Source: a virus. Taken from it: 64,000 bases of DNA. Positions 1-9,808 of the stretch are shown piece by piece. Every line of letters starts with the position of its first letter. Within the stretch, counting starts at the first letter, position 1. The stretch lies in IMG/VR virus record IMGVR_UViG_3300047157_000229, positions 1 to 64,000 of that record, one strand, 5' to 3'. Below the pieces are notes generated by a model. It saw nothing but the letters and a program-made list of their open reading frames with translations. It was not told where the DNA came from and did not search any database. Both the position numbers and the translations under genes were made by a program.

Positions 1-1774
1 GGGGTGGGTATTTTTTTATAGAGGTAGCTTATTTCTTCATCGTTGATCGGTCTATTCCATACTGCCCAAGGCCCAAGCGCACCATTCATTGAAGTTGTGT
101 GAGGTGTTGTGGGAAGTTCATAACCTCTTCTTCCTCCATAGAATTCTACCGCACCCAACATAAATGTTTGAGGTAGCGCTATTTCGCCATCAGTACCCCA
201 ATTCATATTTTTTCTTTGAGTTAAACTGGCGAAATTACCTTGTTTATTCGCTGCGTTTGCGGTGCTAATAGTATTGGCGTTTTTGGGGTCTGATAGAAGT
301 TGCCCATCCACGTAAAATTTAATTAATGTATTCTGGTCTTCCCCGCCCCCATTAATAACAGAATCATCTTTACTATGTGTTATTACATACTGGACCCATT
401 CTCTTGAATCTCCAGCATTTTGCTCTTTGCTTAGATTTATAGTCCTATAAGCATTGCTATTTGGATGATCCGTACTTGGGCTTATCTTATAACCAAAATA
501 ACTAGCTGATATTTGATTGGTCTTATCCCCTCTTTTGTAGTTTTGTGAGGAACTTGTTATATTAAGTAGGCTAGTATTAGCATTGATATTTAGATATTGT
601 GTATTGGGCCAGAACTGATCGTCTCTCGGCGAAGTGCTTAATATTCCTGCTCCAGCTGGGCTATTAATGTCGATATTAACCCAACCCATAATAGTGAATT
701 CACCTGTGAGTTGACCTGTTAATCCTAGCTCGTTAGTATGAAATAACCCTGTATTCGTCGGGATATCATCCCCCTCGCTTTTCATACCAGAAATTTTTAC
801 TGCATTAAAACCGCTATTGATATTTTGCCCCTCTTCGAATGCTACTAAATCTATAGTATTAAACCTTTTTCTACATGCGGAGAGTCTTTTAGTGCATCCG
901 TCTCTTTGCCAGAAACTGGGATTACCTTCTGGAGCTTGCCCTTTATTATTCTGTACGCATACATAAGCGGTCTTTAGAGGTTCTCCTTCTAAATTTGGAT
1001 TGGGGTTCGCTAAAAAATAGTTGGACTTTTCGTCATAACCACATCGCCTTTGACATAGTCTCTTGAACTGCTCCATATCGCAGACTGGTCATTAAAAAAT
1101 GAAACTGGCGAACCGATTGGTGGGGAATAATTTGGAGAGACTCCATTCCCATCTAGATCTTGGAATTTCTCACCATCATCCCTTTCTATAGGTAAACCTT
1201 GATATCTACAACCCTCCCCTCTATATTGCCAGTAGCAGAATTTAGAAACTACGCTACGAGAATTTATACTAGAACTCTCTAAGTCTAACGGTGAATTAAG
1301 TTCGAACTCGACAAATAATTTAGATTCCTGAGTTTTTCTACCCATCAGCCATGTCTCGTCTGTTAGTTCTGCTTTCGGGTCTGCCTCTCCAAAGGGGTTA
1401 CCGCCCTCGAAGTTTTCATCATCGATGAATTTTACAGATACTCTCTTCCTTACAAATTTGGCGTTCTTAAAGTCCTTGTGGACCTGTAATAGTTGAGTTA
1501 TTATATTATTTTCATTAGCTACCCGGACTTTAGGTCTCGCTAACTTACCATCCCCCAATATGTCGAAGCCTTCGCTCTCCATAGCTAAAGGTTCATATTT
1601 AGTAACCTTGCCAATTGTATACAGTCAGAATATATGGAGCCTCCATGAAAACCCAGCCATTGAATCTGGCTTATGTTGATCCTGTCGGGGTAAACCCTGA
1701 ACATCTCCAATATTGCGGTTGGCTGTAGATCTAACAGAGCTACGCGCTACTTTATTCTTTCCTTCTTCCGCCAT
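1..1774 (-). CDS. Tail tip protein, lambda gpL-like, with C-terminal LamG/concanavalin-like domain (apparent indels near 1012 and 1590-1740; runs off window start)
   Basis: ORF 1010-1582 has gpL-like motifs (RPKVRVAN, FELNSPLDLE, CYWQYRGEGC). The next frame continues DGCTKRLSACRKRF (remaining gpL Cys), then FTIMGWV...WVQYVITH...FYVDGQ...WAVWNRPI (LamG-like). ATG at 1774 is preceded by GTGTAA. Confidence 0.75.
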
Positions 1775-1815
1775 AATGTAATTTACACTTTATTAGTATA
1801 TAATATTAAAAAGAA

Positions 1816-2548
1816 GTGAAAATTACACATCTAAAAGGACATGATGAGAAGCTGGAGTTTGAGTTCTACAACTTCTTCTTAAGCTCTAAGCCTTACGATT
1901 TAGATCATATACGGTCTTCGGCATTTGAGGAGGCAAAAAATAGAGACTTTATTCGCCAACGTACTGTCAAAACCTGTGAGGTCTATACTGTCGAAGAAAA
2001 TTCTAAACTCAAAGCGGCTGCTTTTCTTCTCGGACGCTCGGGGATTACCTAGACCTTGACCTTTATATTCATGCGTTACGCAAACACTTCACAAGTCCTA
2101 AATCTGATGGCTACTGCTCGACAGTATTTTTAGACCACGCTAGTGGACACAATTGGGTAAAAATTACGTTAAGAGCGAGATATCAGAAGGAAAGCATAAA
2201 GTTCACTCCTACAAAAAATTCATTGAAAGGTATGATAAAAAAGTCATAATATTTAACGACGATAATAATACCGTCGTTTGGTGTAATAGAGATATAATGA
2301 CAATTAAATTTAAAGTTGTAGGGGCTAATAAGACTACTGCTCATCTTATGGGTAAAGATCTTTTGTTGCGAGGGACAAAAAAGATCAAGCATGGGCTGTT
2401 AAGAGAGTTCTCTGACGGGGAGGATACTTACCTTCTAGATGAAAAAGGTATTGATTTTTTGTCTAAGGCTGTTATTATCTATGGGCATCTGTCAGACAAC
2501 AAACAGAATGTCGGTAATATTTCTCTAGAATTTATTCCTAACAAATGA
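1816..2548 (+). CDS. Hypothetical protein(s), broken by apparent indels
   Basis: ORFs 1816-2052 and 2153-2548 in a tightly packed + strand block. Confidence 0.4.
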
Positions 2549-2739
2549 AAACAAAAACAATTCTTTACAAAGTTTACACTCGGAAAGGCGAATATCATCA
2601 TGCTTACAGCGCTGAACTTAAAGGCTCTCGCGATTGGGCTATTGATTGTGCAAGAGCAGTCGATGGTTATGTGACTCAAGTATCTGATGATTTACAGAGA
2701 ACAGAGAAAAAAATCTATACTCATGGGGTTGAGGCTTAA
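2545..2739 (+). CDS. Hypothetical protein
   Basis: Start and stop overlap neighbouring genes. Confidence 0.6.
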   Translation: MKTKTILYKVYTRKGEYHHAYSAELKGSRDWAIDCARAVDGYVTQVSDDLQRTEKKIYTHGVEA

Positions 2740-3008
2740 TGTTGACGTTAATAAAATCTATTTTAAAATCTTTAGAATTGTTTTTAGCTCTTAAAAATAA
2801 ACAATTTTACTATGATTTGCACAATAAACACAAGAAATTAGAATATGAAATTATTCAAGAAATCGAAGATCTTAGGCAGCGCGGCGGTAGTAATGACTCT
2901 GATCGGGCTGACCTCTTGCGCGAAAGACTTATCTCAGAGCGTTCAAGATTTAAACATTTATCAGCCTTCTACTCTAAAACTTCAGAAGGGTCAGCCGATT
3001 CAGACTGA
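2739..3008 (+). CDS. Putative inner-membrane spanin (Rz-like)
   Basis: Weakly hydrophobic N-terminus plus coiled coil, overlapped out of frame by a lipoprotein gene. Confidence 0.5.
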   Translation: MLTLIKSILKSLELFLALKNKQFYYDLHNKHKKLEYEIIQEIEDLRQRGGSNDSDRADLLRERLISERSRFKHLSAFYSKTSEGSADSD

Positions 3009-3105
3009 AGAAGGTATTTACACTCCGCAAAAAAACGAAGTCTGGCATTCTGATGCTAGGTTTCGCAAACTTGAGAGGCAACTTTATTTCCCCAGTGGGA
3101 AATAG
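2845..3105 (+). CDS. Putative outer-membrane spanin lipoprotein (Rz1-like)
   Basis: Signal peptide with lipobox LTSC; overlaps 2739-3008 in another frame. Confidence 0.6.
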   Translation: MKLFKKSKILGSAAVVMTLIGLTSCAKDLSQSVQDLNIYQPSTLKLQKGQPIQTEEGIYTPQKNEVWHSDARFRKLERQLYFPSGK

Positions 3106-3118
3106 TTTTGATTAAATA

Positions 3119-3949
3119 TTACCATCTTCTTCTTTGACTTAAAAGGAATATTGTGGATATGGCACTCAAGAGAATTAAATGTGCTTCTGGAATTGCAGTG
3201 CCTGTAGTGCCATTAAACTTCAAAATAGAAGGATTTTGGGAGAAGGACACACCGTTTAAGTAGATATCATTCCCTTGTTCCGAAAACTCCTTTACTGAAT
3301 TTAAAGTAAGTCTGGCGTTTGGAGACAAATTGACAATAGACCTTTCTGTTTGGCTATTTATTGAGTCCCCAGCCCCTCGGAGCGTCAAGCTGCTAGTTGA
3401 ATCTACGTTTATCTTTAGGCCGATTGCAGAAAACATAGCGTCCATACTCGATCCTTCAGTTATATTCAGAGTAGAGTAAACACCATCATCATCCTTCACT
3501 CCAGTAAAACCATTGTTGTTTTGGAAAGTAAAATCCGTAGATTTTAACGTAACTGAAAACCCATTTCCAATTTCAATGTTAGAATAAGAAGGGCTATCCT
3601 CAAGTATTTTAGCATCTGTTATGGTTAGTATGCTAGTGATGGCAGAATCTCGATCCAACTCTTTCAAGTCTGATTCTGAAAAATCCCAATTCGGAGCATC
3701 ATAAAAATCATAAATATCCTCTTCTTCTGCATCCCAAGTAATAATTGAATCTTCTTTTTTATCTTCGCTTTCAGATGTCTCTACGACTTCCTCACTACTA
3801 ATCGAGGTAGGTCTTATAGGATTAATCACAGGGTTAATAGTAGGGTTCCCTGTTGGGTCTATTTTTCGTATTATACCTCCTGTAGAGATTATAACGGCAG
3901 ATTTAGCTACAGAAATAATTGAAAGTAAAGTTATGAGTGTGCGCTTCAT
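3119..3949 (-). CDS. PEP-CTERM-like sorting-signal surface protein
   Basis: N-terminal signal peptide; C-terminus TAIPEA + hydrophobic helix + RRR. Confidence 0.75.
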   Translation of the reverse strand: MKRTLITLLSIISVAKSAVIISTGGIIRKIDPTGNPTINPVINPIRPTSISSEEVVETSESEDKKEDSIITWDAEEEDIYDFYDAPNWDFSESDLKELDRDSAITSILTITDAKILEDSPSYSNIEIGNGFSVTLKSTDFTFQNNNGFTGVKDDDGVYSTLNITEGSSMDAMFSAIGLKINVDSTSSLTLRGAGDSINSQTERSIVNLSPNARLTLNSVKEFSEQGNDIYLNGVSFSQNPSILKFNGTTGTAIPEAHLILLSAISTIFLLSQRRRW

Positions 3950-4137
3950 TTCTTCTTTTTTAGTATAAAGTTTTTAAGTTTAGTTAGATTCCCCGTCAAC
4001 TTACCTAACAACCTACCTAGCTTACTATCTTCAGGTACAATATAAGAAAGCGTCCCCAATAAACCCAAGATAGAAATAATAAACTCAGGCATTGATCCCA
4101 TGTAAGGAGCAAGTATTTTTTCAAATAAATCTTCCAT
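3946..4137 (-). CDS. Small membrane protein
   Basis: One hydrophobic helix, basic tail, overlapping stop/start. Confidence 0.6.
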   Translation of the reverse strand: MEDLFEKILAPYMGSMPEFIISILGLLGTLSYIVPEDSKLGRLLGKLTGNLTKLKNFILKKKK

Positions 4138-4142
4138 AATAA

Positions 4143-5354
4143 CTATTTTCTGATCATGTTGGGGAGTTTAATCACATCAGGGACTTGAGTGACTTGATCA
4201 TCTTCTTCTAGTTCAAATGTCTCTTCTGAATTCTCAATATCTGTTTTTTCCTCTTCGCCCTCTTCAGACTGTTCTTCAGGCTCCTCTTTTTCTTCAGGCT
4301 CACCCTCTTCAGATTCTTCCTCCACTTCTTCTTCTTCTTCTTCTTCTTTTTCTTCTTCTTCGGGTTTTTCCTGTTCAGGCTCCTCCTCTTTAGTCTCATC
4401 TTCGCTTTCTTCTTTAGATTCCTCTTCAGATTCTTCTTTGGTCTCTTCTTCTTCAGATTCTTCTTCACTTTCGGATTCTTCTTCGGATTCTACAGAGTCT
4501 TCCTCTTTAACTGCTTTTTCTTCACCTTCTTCATTACTTTCTTCTGTAGGCTCTCCTTCATTTCCTTCTCCCTCATTAGAGGCTTCTTCATTTGACGTTT
4601 CGCCCTCTCCTTCTTCACCACTAGATCCTTCACCTTCTCCTTCTTCGTCTCCTTCGTAACCTTCTTCAGATGTACCGACGACATCTCCATAACCTTTTTC
4701 GGCGTATTCTACAATCGCCTCGGTAACGCCACCAAAAGGTTGGAAACCAATTGTTGTCTCAGTAAAATCGTTTAAATTAGAAAATACTTTATGCTCTTGC
4801 TCTGCCACAACAGCTATTTCAGTACCCTTTTCTTTTGTCGTTTTGGCTTGAAAGTAGGCTCCACTACCTATGGACATAGTACCAGCGATTCCAATCGTCC
4901 CTATTTTTTGAGCCGTCTCTTGCACAAAAGCACTTAAACCAGTGGCAGCACTTGCAGTTTGGGTTGTTACTCCAGCCGCTGCTGCAGCCGCCGTGCCTTT
5001 TGCGGCTTTATCTAAAATATCTTTATTTTTTTCAGCTATTTCTCCAAGTTTATCCATAGTAGAAGTCTCAGGGGTTTCACCTTTGACTTCTTGATTTTTA
5101 TTTTTTTCGACTTGGGCTTCTTCTCTCTCTTCCTCTTCTGTAATCTCTTCGGTTACAGTTTCTTCTTCTACTTCAGAGCCACATTCTTCACAAACACAGG
5201 ACTTTCTTTCTAAATGTTTTATCCTTTGAAGTAATGTCCATGCTGTTTCTCTTGCATGGCGATCTAAATCAGAAATAATGTCGCTATCTTCTGGATTACA
5301 GTATTTTTTAGCAAAAGCTTTTGCTTCTGAAATATCTTTACTGTGTTTGTCCAT
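4143..5354 (-). CDS. Very Glu-rich low-complexity protein with central Ala/Gly-rich hydrophobic segment
   Basis: 403-aa ORF; GTGTAT 11 nt upstream of ATG. Confidence 0.75.
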   Translation of the reverse strand: MDKHSKDISEAKAFAKKYCNPEDSDIISDLDRHARETAWTLLQRIKHLERKSCVCEECGSEVEEETVTEEITEEEEREEAQVEKNKNQEVKGETPETSTMDKLGEIAEKNKDILDKAAKGTAAAAAAGVTTQTASAATGLSAFVQETAQKIGTIGIAGTMSIGSGAYFQAKTTKEKGTEIAVVAEQEHKVFSNLNDFTETTIGFQPFGGVTEAIVEYAEKGYGDVVGTSEEGYEGDEEGEGEGSSGEEGEGETSNEEASNEGEGNEGEPTEESNEEGEEKAVKEEDSVESEEESESEEESEEEETKEESEEESKEESEDETKEEEPEQEKPEEEEKEEEEEEEVEEESEEGEPEEKEEPEEQSEEGEEEKTDIENSEETFELEEDDQVTQVPDVIKLPNMIRK

Positions 5355-5404
5355 ATTAATAATATATACACATATTTGGTAGCATTTTGTGTAAGTTAAT
5401 TTAC

Positions 5405-5719
5405 ATGGACCTAAAAAATCTAATGAGAGAATTTCTGGATGGCGGATGGGTTATTCCAATAATTGGGGCTGCAGGAATGATAGCTCGTATGCTGAACTCG
5501 AAAGTAGAATACTGTTGGAAGGAATTTGCAAAAAATGTTAGTTCTGCAGCAATACTCTCTATGATTTTATGGTTCATTCTGCATGATGCTCCCATAAGTG
5601 ATTTAGTTAAAGCTGTTTCATATGGTGTTGTTGGTGTAATTAGTCCTGAAATCATAAATGGTTTGATTGCATTAGCTAAAAAATATGCAAAAAACCCTGA
5701 AAAAATAATTAAAAAATAA
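5405..5719 (+). CDS. Putative holin
   Basis: Three hydrophobic segments and basic C-terminus directly upstream of the endolysin; ATG 5405 preceded by GTGTAA. Confidence 0.65.
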   Translation: MDLKNLMREFLDGGWVIPIIGAAGMIARMLNSKVEYCWKEFAKNVSSAAILSMILWFILHDAPISDLVKAVSYGVVGVISPEIINGLIALAKKYAKNPEKIIKK

Positions 5720-5724
5720 TTAAA

Positions 5725-6345
5725 ATGGACTTTAAATCAAAAAAAGAAGTTGTTAAAACCGTTCAAAAACTATTAGGTGTTTCTGCTGATGGATCTGATG
5801 GTCCAGTCACTTGGAACGCTATACTAGCTAAGTTATCTACAGATGAAACGGAAGTTTCTGGAAGTAGTATTTCCGAGAAAATGGTTAATTTAGCTCGCGG
5901 AGAAATTGGGGTATCAGAAATTGACGGTAGTAACTGCGGCCCAAGGGTTGACGTATATAAAGCCGCTACTTGGTTGGACCCTGATAAGGGGTGGCCTTGG
6001 TGTGCAGCCTTCATCTGTTGGTTGGTTAAAGAAGCTATTGAAGGGCAGGATGTTTCATTCAAAAGACCTCAAACAGCAGGAGCTTGGGATTTTGAAAACT
6101 GGGCTAGAAAGCAAGGCTCAAAAGGGGTTGATTTGCGGAAGCCTACAAATGAGGACATTAAAGCTGGTGACATTGTCGTCTTTTCATTCTCTCATATAGG
6201 TCTAGCTGTTAAAGATATCGACTCAAGTGGTTATGTAGTTACTATTGAGGGTAATACTAACGGAGCTGGCAGCAGAGAAGGAGGATCTGTTTTAGAAAAA
6301 CGTAGGCATGTCTCGAAAATAAGGAGTAGAATTAGAATTTTCTAG
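5725..6345 (+). CDS. Endolysin: peptidoglycan-binding N-terminus + CHAP domain
   Basis: VQKLLGVSADGSDGPVTW; PWCAAF (Cys), SHIGL (His), TIEGNT. Confidence 0.9.
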   Translation: MDFKSKKEVVKTVQKLLGVSADGSDGPVTWNAILAKLSTDETEVSGSSISEKMVNLARGEIGVSEIDGSNCGPRVDVYKAATWLDPDKGWPWCAAFICWLVKEAIEGQDVSFKRPQTAGAWDFENWARKQGSKGVDLRKPTNEDIKAGDIVVFSFSHIGLAVKDIDSSGYVVTIEGNTNGAGSREGGSVLEKRRHVSKIRSRIRIF

Positions 6346-6364
6346 TAGAAATAAAATCTCATTA

Positions 6365-6670
6365 GTGGAATATAGTTTGATGTCTAAAGTAAACATAGAA
6401 GTCGATCCTAACTATATATTCTCATACGTAGTGGGTAATTCTTTGTTTGAGCCTATAGAAAAATGTATAGACTCTACAAGGTATGAAGTTTATGATGCTT
6501 TCATCTATGATTTAAAAACTCAAAATTATTTAGATCAGAATGAGGAATATCAAAAATTTTATTGGGAAGTCGTGAAATTAAAAAGGCTTGCTAGAGAAAT
6601 GTCTTCTAGAGAGATAAAAAGTCTTTGTGAGGAGATAGCTGAGATTGCTCCCAAATACGTAGAAATATAA
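6365..6670 (+). CDS. Hypothetical protein
   Basis: ORF track, packed context. Confidence 0.55.
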   Translation: MEYSLMSKVNIEVDPNYIFSYVVGNSLFEPIEKCIDSTRYEVYDAFIYDLKTQNYLDQNEEYQKFYWEVVKLKRLAREMSSREIKSLCEEIAEIAPKYVEI

Positions 6671-6672
6671 TT

Positions 6673-6810
6673 ATGGCTAAAAAAACATCAGGATCAATGG
6701 CTCCAACCAAGAAAAAGGTTAAAAATAAAGGGGTCCATTCAAAGAATAAAAACTCTTCCAATAAATCTAGTAAGAATTACAAGAAGAAATATAGAGGGCA
6801 AGGTCGATAA
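6673..6810 (+). CDS. Small basic protein (45 aa, ends KKYRGQGR)
   Basis: Read from sequence: MAKKTSGSMAPTKKKVKNKGVHSKNKNSSNKSSKNYKKKYRGQGR; fills the gap exactly. Confidence 0.7.
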   Translation: MAKKTSGSMAPTKKKVKNKGVHSKNKNSSNKSSKNYKKKYRGQGR

Positions 6811-6814
6811 TATC

Positions 6815-8122
6815 ATGTTCTGTAGTATAATTAGAAAATTAATAAAGAGTCTTAAGTCTTCGTTAAAAAAATTGGAAGATTTGGAGGACAAGGCTTCTGG
6901 CATTGGCATCGGATCGTCTAGCGTTGGTATCGGATCGTCTAGCGTTGGTATCGGATCGTCTAGCGTAGGGATCGGATCGTCTAGCACGGGGATCGGATCG
7001 TCTAGCACGGGGATCGGATCGTCTAGCACGGGGATCGGATCGTCTAGCACGGGGATCGGATCGTCTAGCGTTGGGATTGGGTCTTCTATTCCTAATTTAG
7101 ACTCTAATTCTTGGCCTAGATTTAAATATCTAGAAGGCGAGATAGTAGGGAATCTAACTAAGACACGCACTATGGGTTTAGACGATAGTGGGGTTATACA
7201 TTCGTTAGGTTATAAATCTGATATGCATATCGAGACTGATACATCTACAGATTCTATAAAAAGAAATAGTGTTGGTTATAAAGGTTTCATTGGGAATGTC
7301 GAAGCTTCCGATGGTTATACATATTTCTTGCCAGCTTACCAGACTTCTATTGGTAAATTAGGTAGGAAGACAGGTTCTATAACTTTAGAAAAGAAATTCA
7401 CTTCTTGCCCTCAAATTAGATCTGGGGCAGAAGGTAATGATGGAATTATTTATATGCCCTCTTATACGAAGACCTTGCATATCTTTTCTTATAACACAAA
7501 TACTGGTGAAGTAGCATCTATTACTCCCCAGAAACCTAGTCGGTATACATTCTGTAATCATATCTGGGGTGCTGCCGTAGATAAAAAAGGCGAGATATAC
7601 ATGCCTCAAGTATTAGGTACTAGTGTCGCTAAGATTGATAAGTTTGGTATTTTTTCTTACTTGGATGGGCCTCCAGCTACTTCAGGAGTTTCAGGGTGGA
7701 CTCATAAATACGTTGGTGCGATTTATGTAGAAGCTGTTGACAAAGTGTTTTGTTTGCCAAGGCAAGGCAAAAAGATTTTAATTGTTAACTGCGCTGATGA
7801 TACTTATGAAGAGGTAGATTTACCACAAGATTACCTTGCAGTAGCTAATAAGAACAAAAATTTTCATGGGTTCTTAGCTCCTGATGGCTGGATTTATAGT
7901 GCATTCTGGGCAGATACTAAGTGTTTTCGAATTAATCCAGAGACTTACGAGGTCCAGTGGAAAGATTATGAGCATGAATTCATGGACGGTAAGCCTACAG
8001 CCAAAGAAGGTTCTGGTATTATGAGTCTAGGAACTGGCTATTCGACAACAGCCTTGGTTAAGGGTAGCGATGTTTACTTAGGGTTGGCTGGCACTTCTAG
8101 AGCGATTAAGCTTGAATTTTAA
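6815..8122 (+). CDS. Protein with (GSSS[VT]GI)8 linker followed by a beta-propeller-like domain
   Basis: Repeated blade-like motifs (DGYTYFLP, DGIIYMP, GEIYMP, KVFCLP, DGWIYS). Confidence 0.7.
   Translation: MFCSIIRKLIKSLKSSLKKLEDLEDKASGIGIGSSSVGIGSSSVGIGSSSVGIGSSSTGIGSSSTGIGSSSTGIGSSSTGIGSSSVGIGSSIPNLDSNSWPRFKYLEGEIVGNLTKTRTMGLDDSGVIHSLGYKSDMHIETDTSTDSIKRNSVGYKGFIGNVEASDGYTYFLPAYQTSIGKLGRKTGSITLEKKFTSCPQIRSGAEGNDGIIYMPSYTKTLHIFSYNTNTGEVASITPQKPSRYTFCNHIWGAAVDKKGEIYMPQVLGTSVAKIDKFGIFSYLDGPPATSGVSGWTHKYVGAIYVEAVDKVFCLPRQGKKILIVNCADDTYEEVDLPQDYLAVANKNKNFHGFLAPDGWIYSAFWADTKCFRINPETYEVQWKDYEHEFMDGKPTAKEGSGIMSLGTGYSTTALVKGSDVYLGLAGTSRAIKLEF
6911..7078 (+). repeat. Eight tandem 21-bp repeats (GGATCGTCTAGCRYDGGKATY)
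   Basis: Directly visible, in frame, 7 aa per unit. Confidence 0.95.
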
Positions 8123-8124
8123 AA

Positions 8125-8334
8125 ATGAAGAACTACAGGCAATTCCATATCATTGTGAAGGATAGAGGATTCAAATATGAACTAATTGCTAACACTCCAG
8201 AGTTTAATAACGAAAAAGAAGCTTTAGATTACTGGGTTTGTAATAAAGGTAGAATACAAGATTGCAATTTTTACAATGACCCTATTGTTATTATTAGAAG
8301 AGAAGTGAATAATGTGCTTGCCAAAGAGCTTTGA
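8125..8334 (+). CDS. Hypothetical protein
   Basis: ORF track. Confidence 0.55.
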   Translation: MKNYRQFHIIVKDRGFKYELIANTPEFNNEKEALDYWVCNKGRIQDCNFYNDPIVIIRREVNNVLAKEL

Positions 8335-8345
8335 GCCGCTATAAT
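8318..8345 (+). promoter_or_regulatory. sigma70-type promoter, near-leaderless
   Basis: TTGCCA-16-TATAAT, 8 nt before ATG 8354. Confidence 0.65.
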
Positions 8346-8353
8346 GGGGGCGT

Positions 8354-8776
8354 ATGAAAAAGACAATATTATTCTTATCTGTTTGTTTGCCCTTGTGGGG
8401 CGTAGCTGCTTGGCATGGTTACAAAGAGCCAAAGGTTCAAGTTAAAGAGACTGTCAAGGTTGTTCCCCCAGAGAAAGTGGATGCCCATGTTTTTCTGACT
8501 AAGTGGCAGCTTACGAAGATGCTGAAGACGTTTGAGGAAGATGCTCACCCTGCTGAGACTTTAAAATTCAAAACTGTGGTTAAGAGCGATGGTAAGGGTT
8601 GGAGAATCTCTTCTACTCATTTAGCAAGGGGAGCAGAACCATACCCGATTCCAGAAGGGAAGTATTTTGTTATTGATTCTTCTTATGTAGATCACGCTGG
8701 AGACTTTAAATCTTGTGTTGAGTATGCTGATAGCTACAAGAGCTTTCACGATTATATTGTAATTAGCGCAGAATGA
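8354..8776 (+). CDS. Hypothetical exported or membrane-anchored protein
   Basis: N-terminal signal-like hydrophobic segment. Confidence 0.65.
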   Translation: MKKTILFLSVCLPLWGVAAWHGYKEPKVQVKETVKVVPPEKVDAHVFLTKWQLTKMLKTFEEDAHPAETLKFKTVVKSDGKGWRISSTHLARGAEPYPIPEGKYFVIDSSYVDHAGDFKSCVEYADSYKSFHDYIVISAE

Positions 8777-9003
8777 GTTTTAGATACGATAGCAGGGTCA
8801 TCGGCCCTAACGGATATAAAGAGTTGATGATTGCTGTCTTGAATGAACAAGACAACCCTATTGATTCTTGTTGCCACAAGCTTGATTCACCAGATATATA
8901 TGACATTGAAAGTGCTGAGACTGGAGCGCATAATTTTGGTATCAAAGGTTGGGAGTTAGATCCTGCTGATCAATACCAAGGTTATGCTACACCCGTAAAA
9001 TAA
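8773..9003 (+). CDS. Hypothetical protein
   Basis: ATGA overlap with the upstream gene. Confidence 0.55.
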   Translation: MSFRYDSRVIGPNGYKELMIAVLNEQDNPIDSCCHKLDSPDIYDIESAETGAHNFGIKGWELDPADQYQGYATPVK

Positions 9004-9004
9004 G

Positions 9005-9757
9005 ATGAATATAACAATAACAGGATATGGTTTTGTAGGTAAAGGCTACGAAAAACTACTTTCAAAGAGTCTGCAGGAATATAAAGTAACAGTAAGTGAT
9101 CCAGCATTTTCTCAATATAATCAAGGCGTACCTAGTGATACAGATGCGGTTGTGATTTGTGTTGCAACTCCTCAACAAGAAGATGGTTCTTGTTACATGG
9201 GGCATGTATTTCAAGTTATCGAAGAAAGTCCAGATGTCCCCATTTTGATCAAAAGCACAATATGTCTAGAAGGTTGGAGGGAATTAAAAAGCAAATTTCC
9301 AAAATCTAATTTAACATTTAGCCCAGAATTTTTGAGGCAGGATTCTTGGTTACAAGACATTTTAGACATGAAATCTATTTTAATGGGTGGGGATGATTTT
9401 CCATTTTGGTCAGATATTTTTCGCGATTTAGAGTGTATCGAATCTGAAGCCGAAGCTTTAATTATTACCAAATACGCGAAAAATAATTTTTTAGCTCTAA
9501 AAGTCTCCTTTTTCAATCAGATGTATGATTTATGTGGTAAGTTGGGAGTGGACTACGATGAGGTGAGGAAACATACAACTTCTGATTCTCGTATAGGAGA
9601 TAGCCACTCTTTCATAACCGAACAAAGAGGGTTTGGAGGGCATTGTTTCCCCAAAGATACATCAGCTTTAGTAAAGACTTCTGAGAAATATGGTAGTTTT
9701 TTATCTATTATGCACCACGCAAGATTATATAATAATACATTAAGGGGTTATGAGTAA
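9005..9757 (+). CDS. UDP-glucose/GDP-mannose dehydrogenase family protein (short, no C-terminal domain)
   Basis: GYGFVG Rossmann motif, ICVATP, KSTI, SPEFL, GFGGHCFPKD. Confidence 0.85.
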   Translation: MNITITGYGFVGKGYEKLLSKSLQEYKVTVSDPAFSQYNQGVPSDTDAVVICVATPQQEDGSCYMGHVFQVIEESPDVPILIKSTICLEGWRELKSKFPKSNLTFSPEFLRQDSWLQDILDMKSILMGGDDFPFWSDIFRDLECIESEAEALIITKYAKNNFLALKVSFFNQMYDLCGKLGVDYDEVRKHTTSDSRIGDSHSFITEQRGFGGHCFPKDTSALVKTSEKYGSFLSIMHHARLYNNTLRGYE

Positions 9758-9808
9758 ACGATTAAAACAAACTGCTTCATAATTACTTTAAATAGTGTAA
9801 ATTATAGT

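Noticed and set aside
1005-1025. Programmed -1 frameshift at ATT TTT TAG in the gpL-like gene
   Set aside because: It falls in a homopolymer, splits the conserved Cys motif, and nearby sequence has other indels; sequencing error is more likely
4208-4690. Lys-rich and Ser-rich ORFs overlapping the acidic protein
   Set aside because: Alternative-frame shadows of GAA-rich low-complexity sequence
6739-7170. Antisense ORF with LDDPIP repeats
   Set aside because: Shadow of the 21-bp repeat; the + strand gene fits the operon
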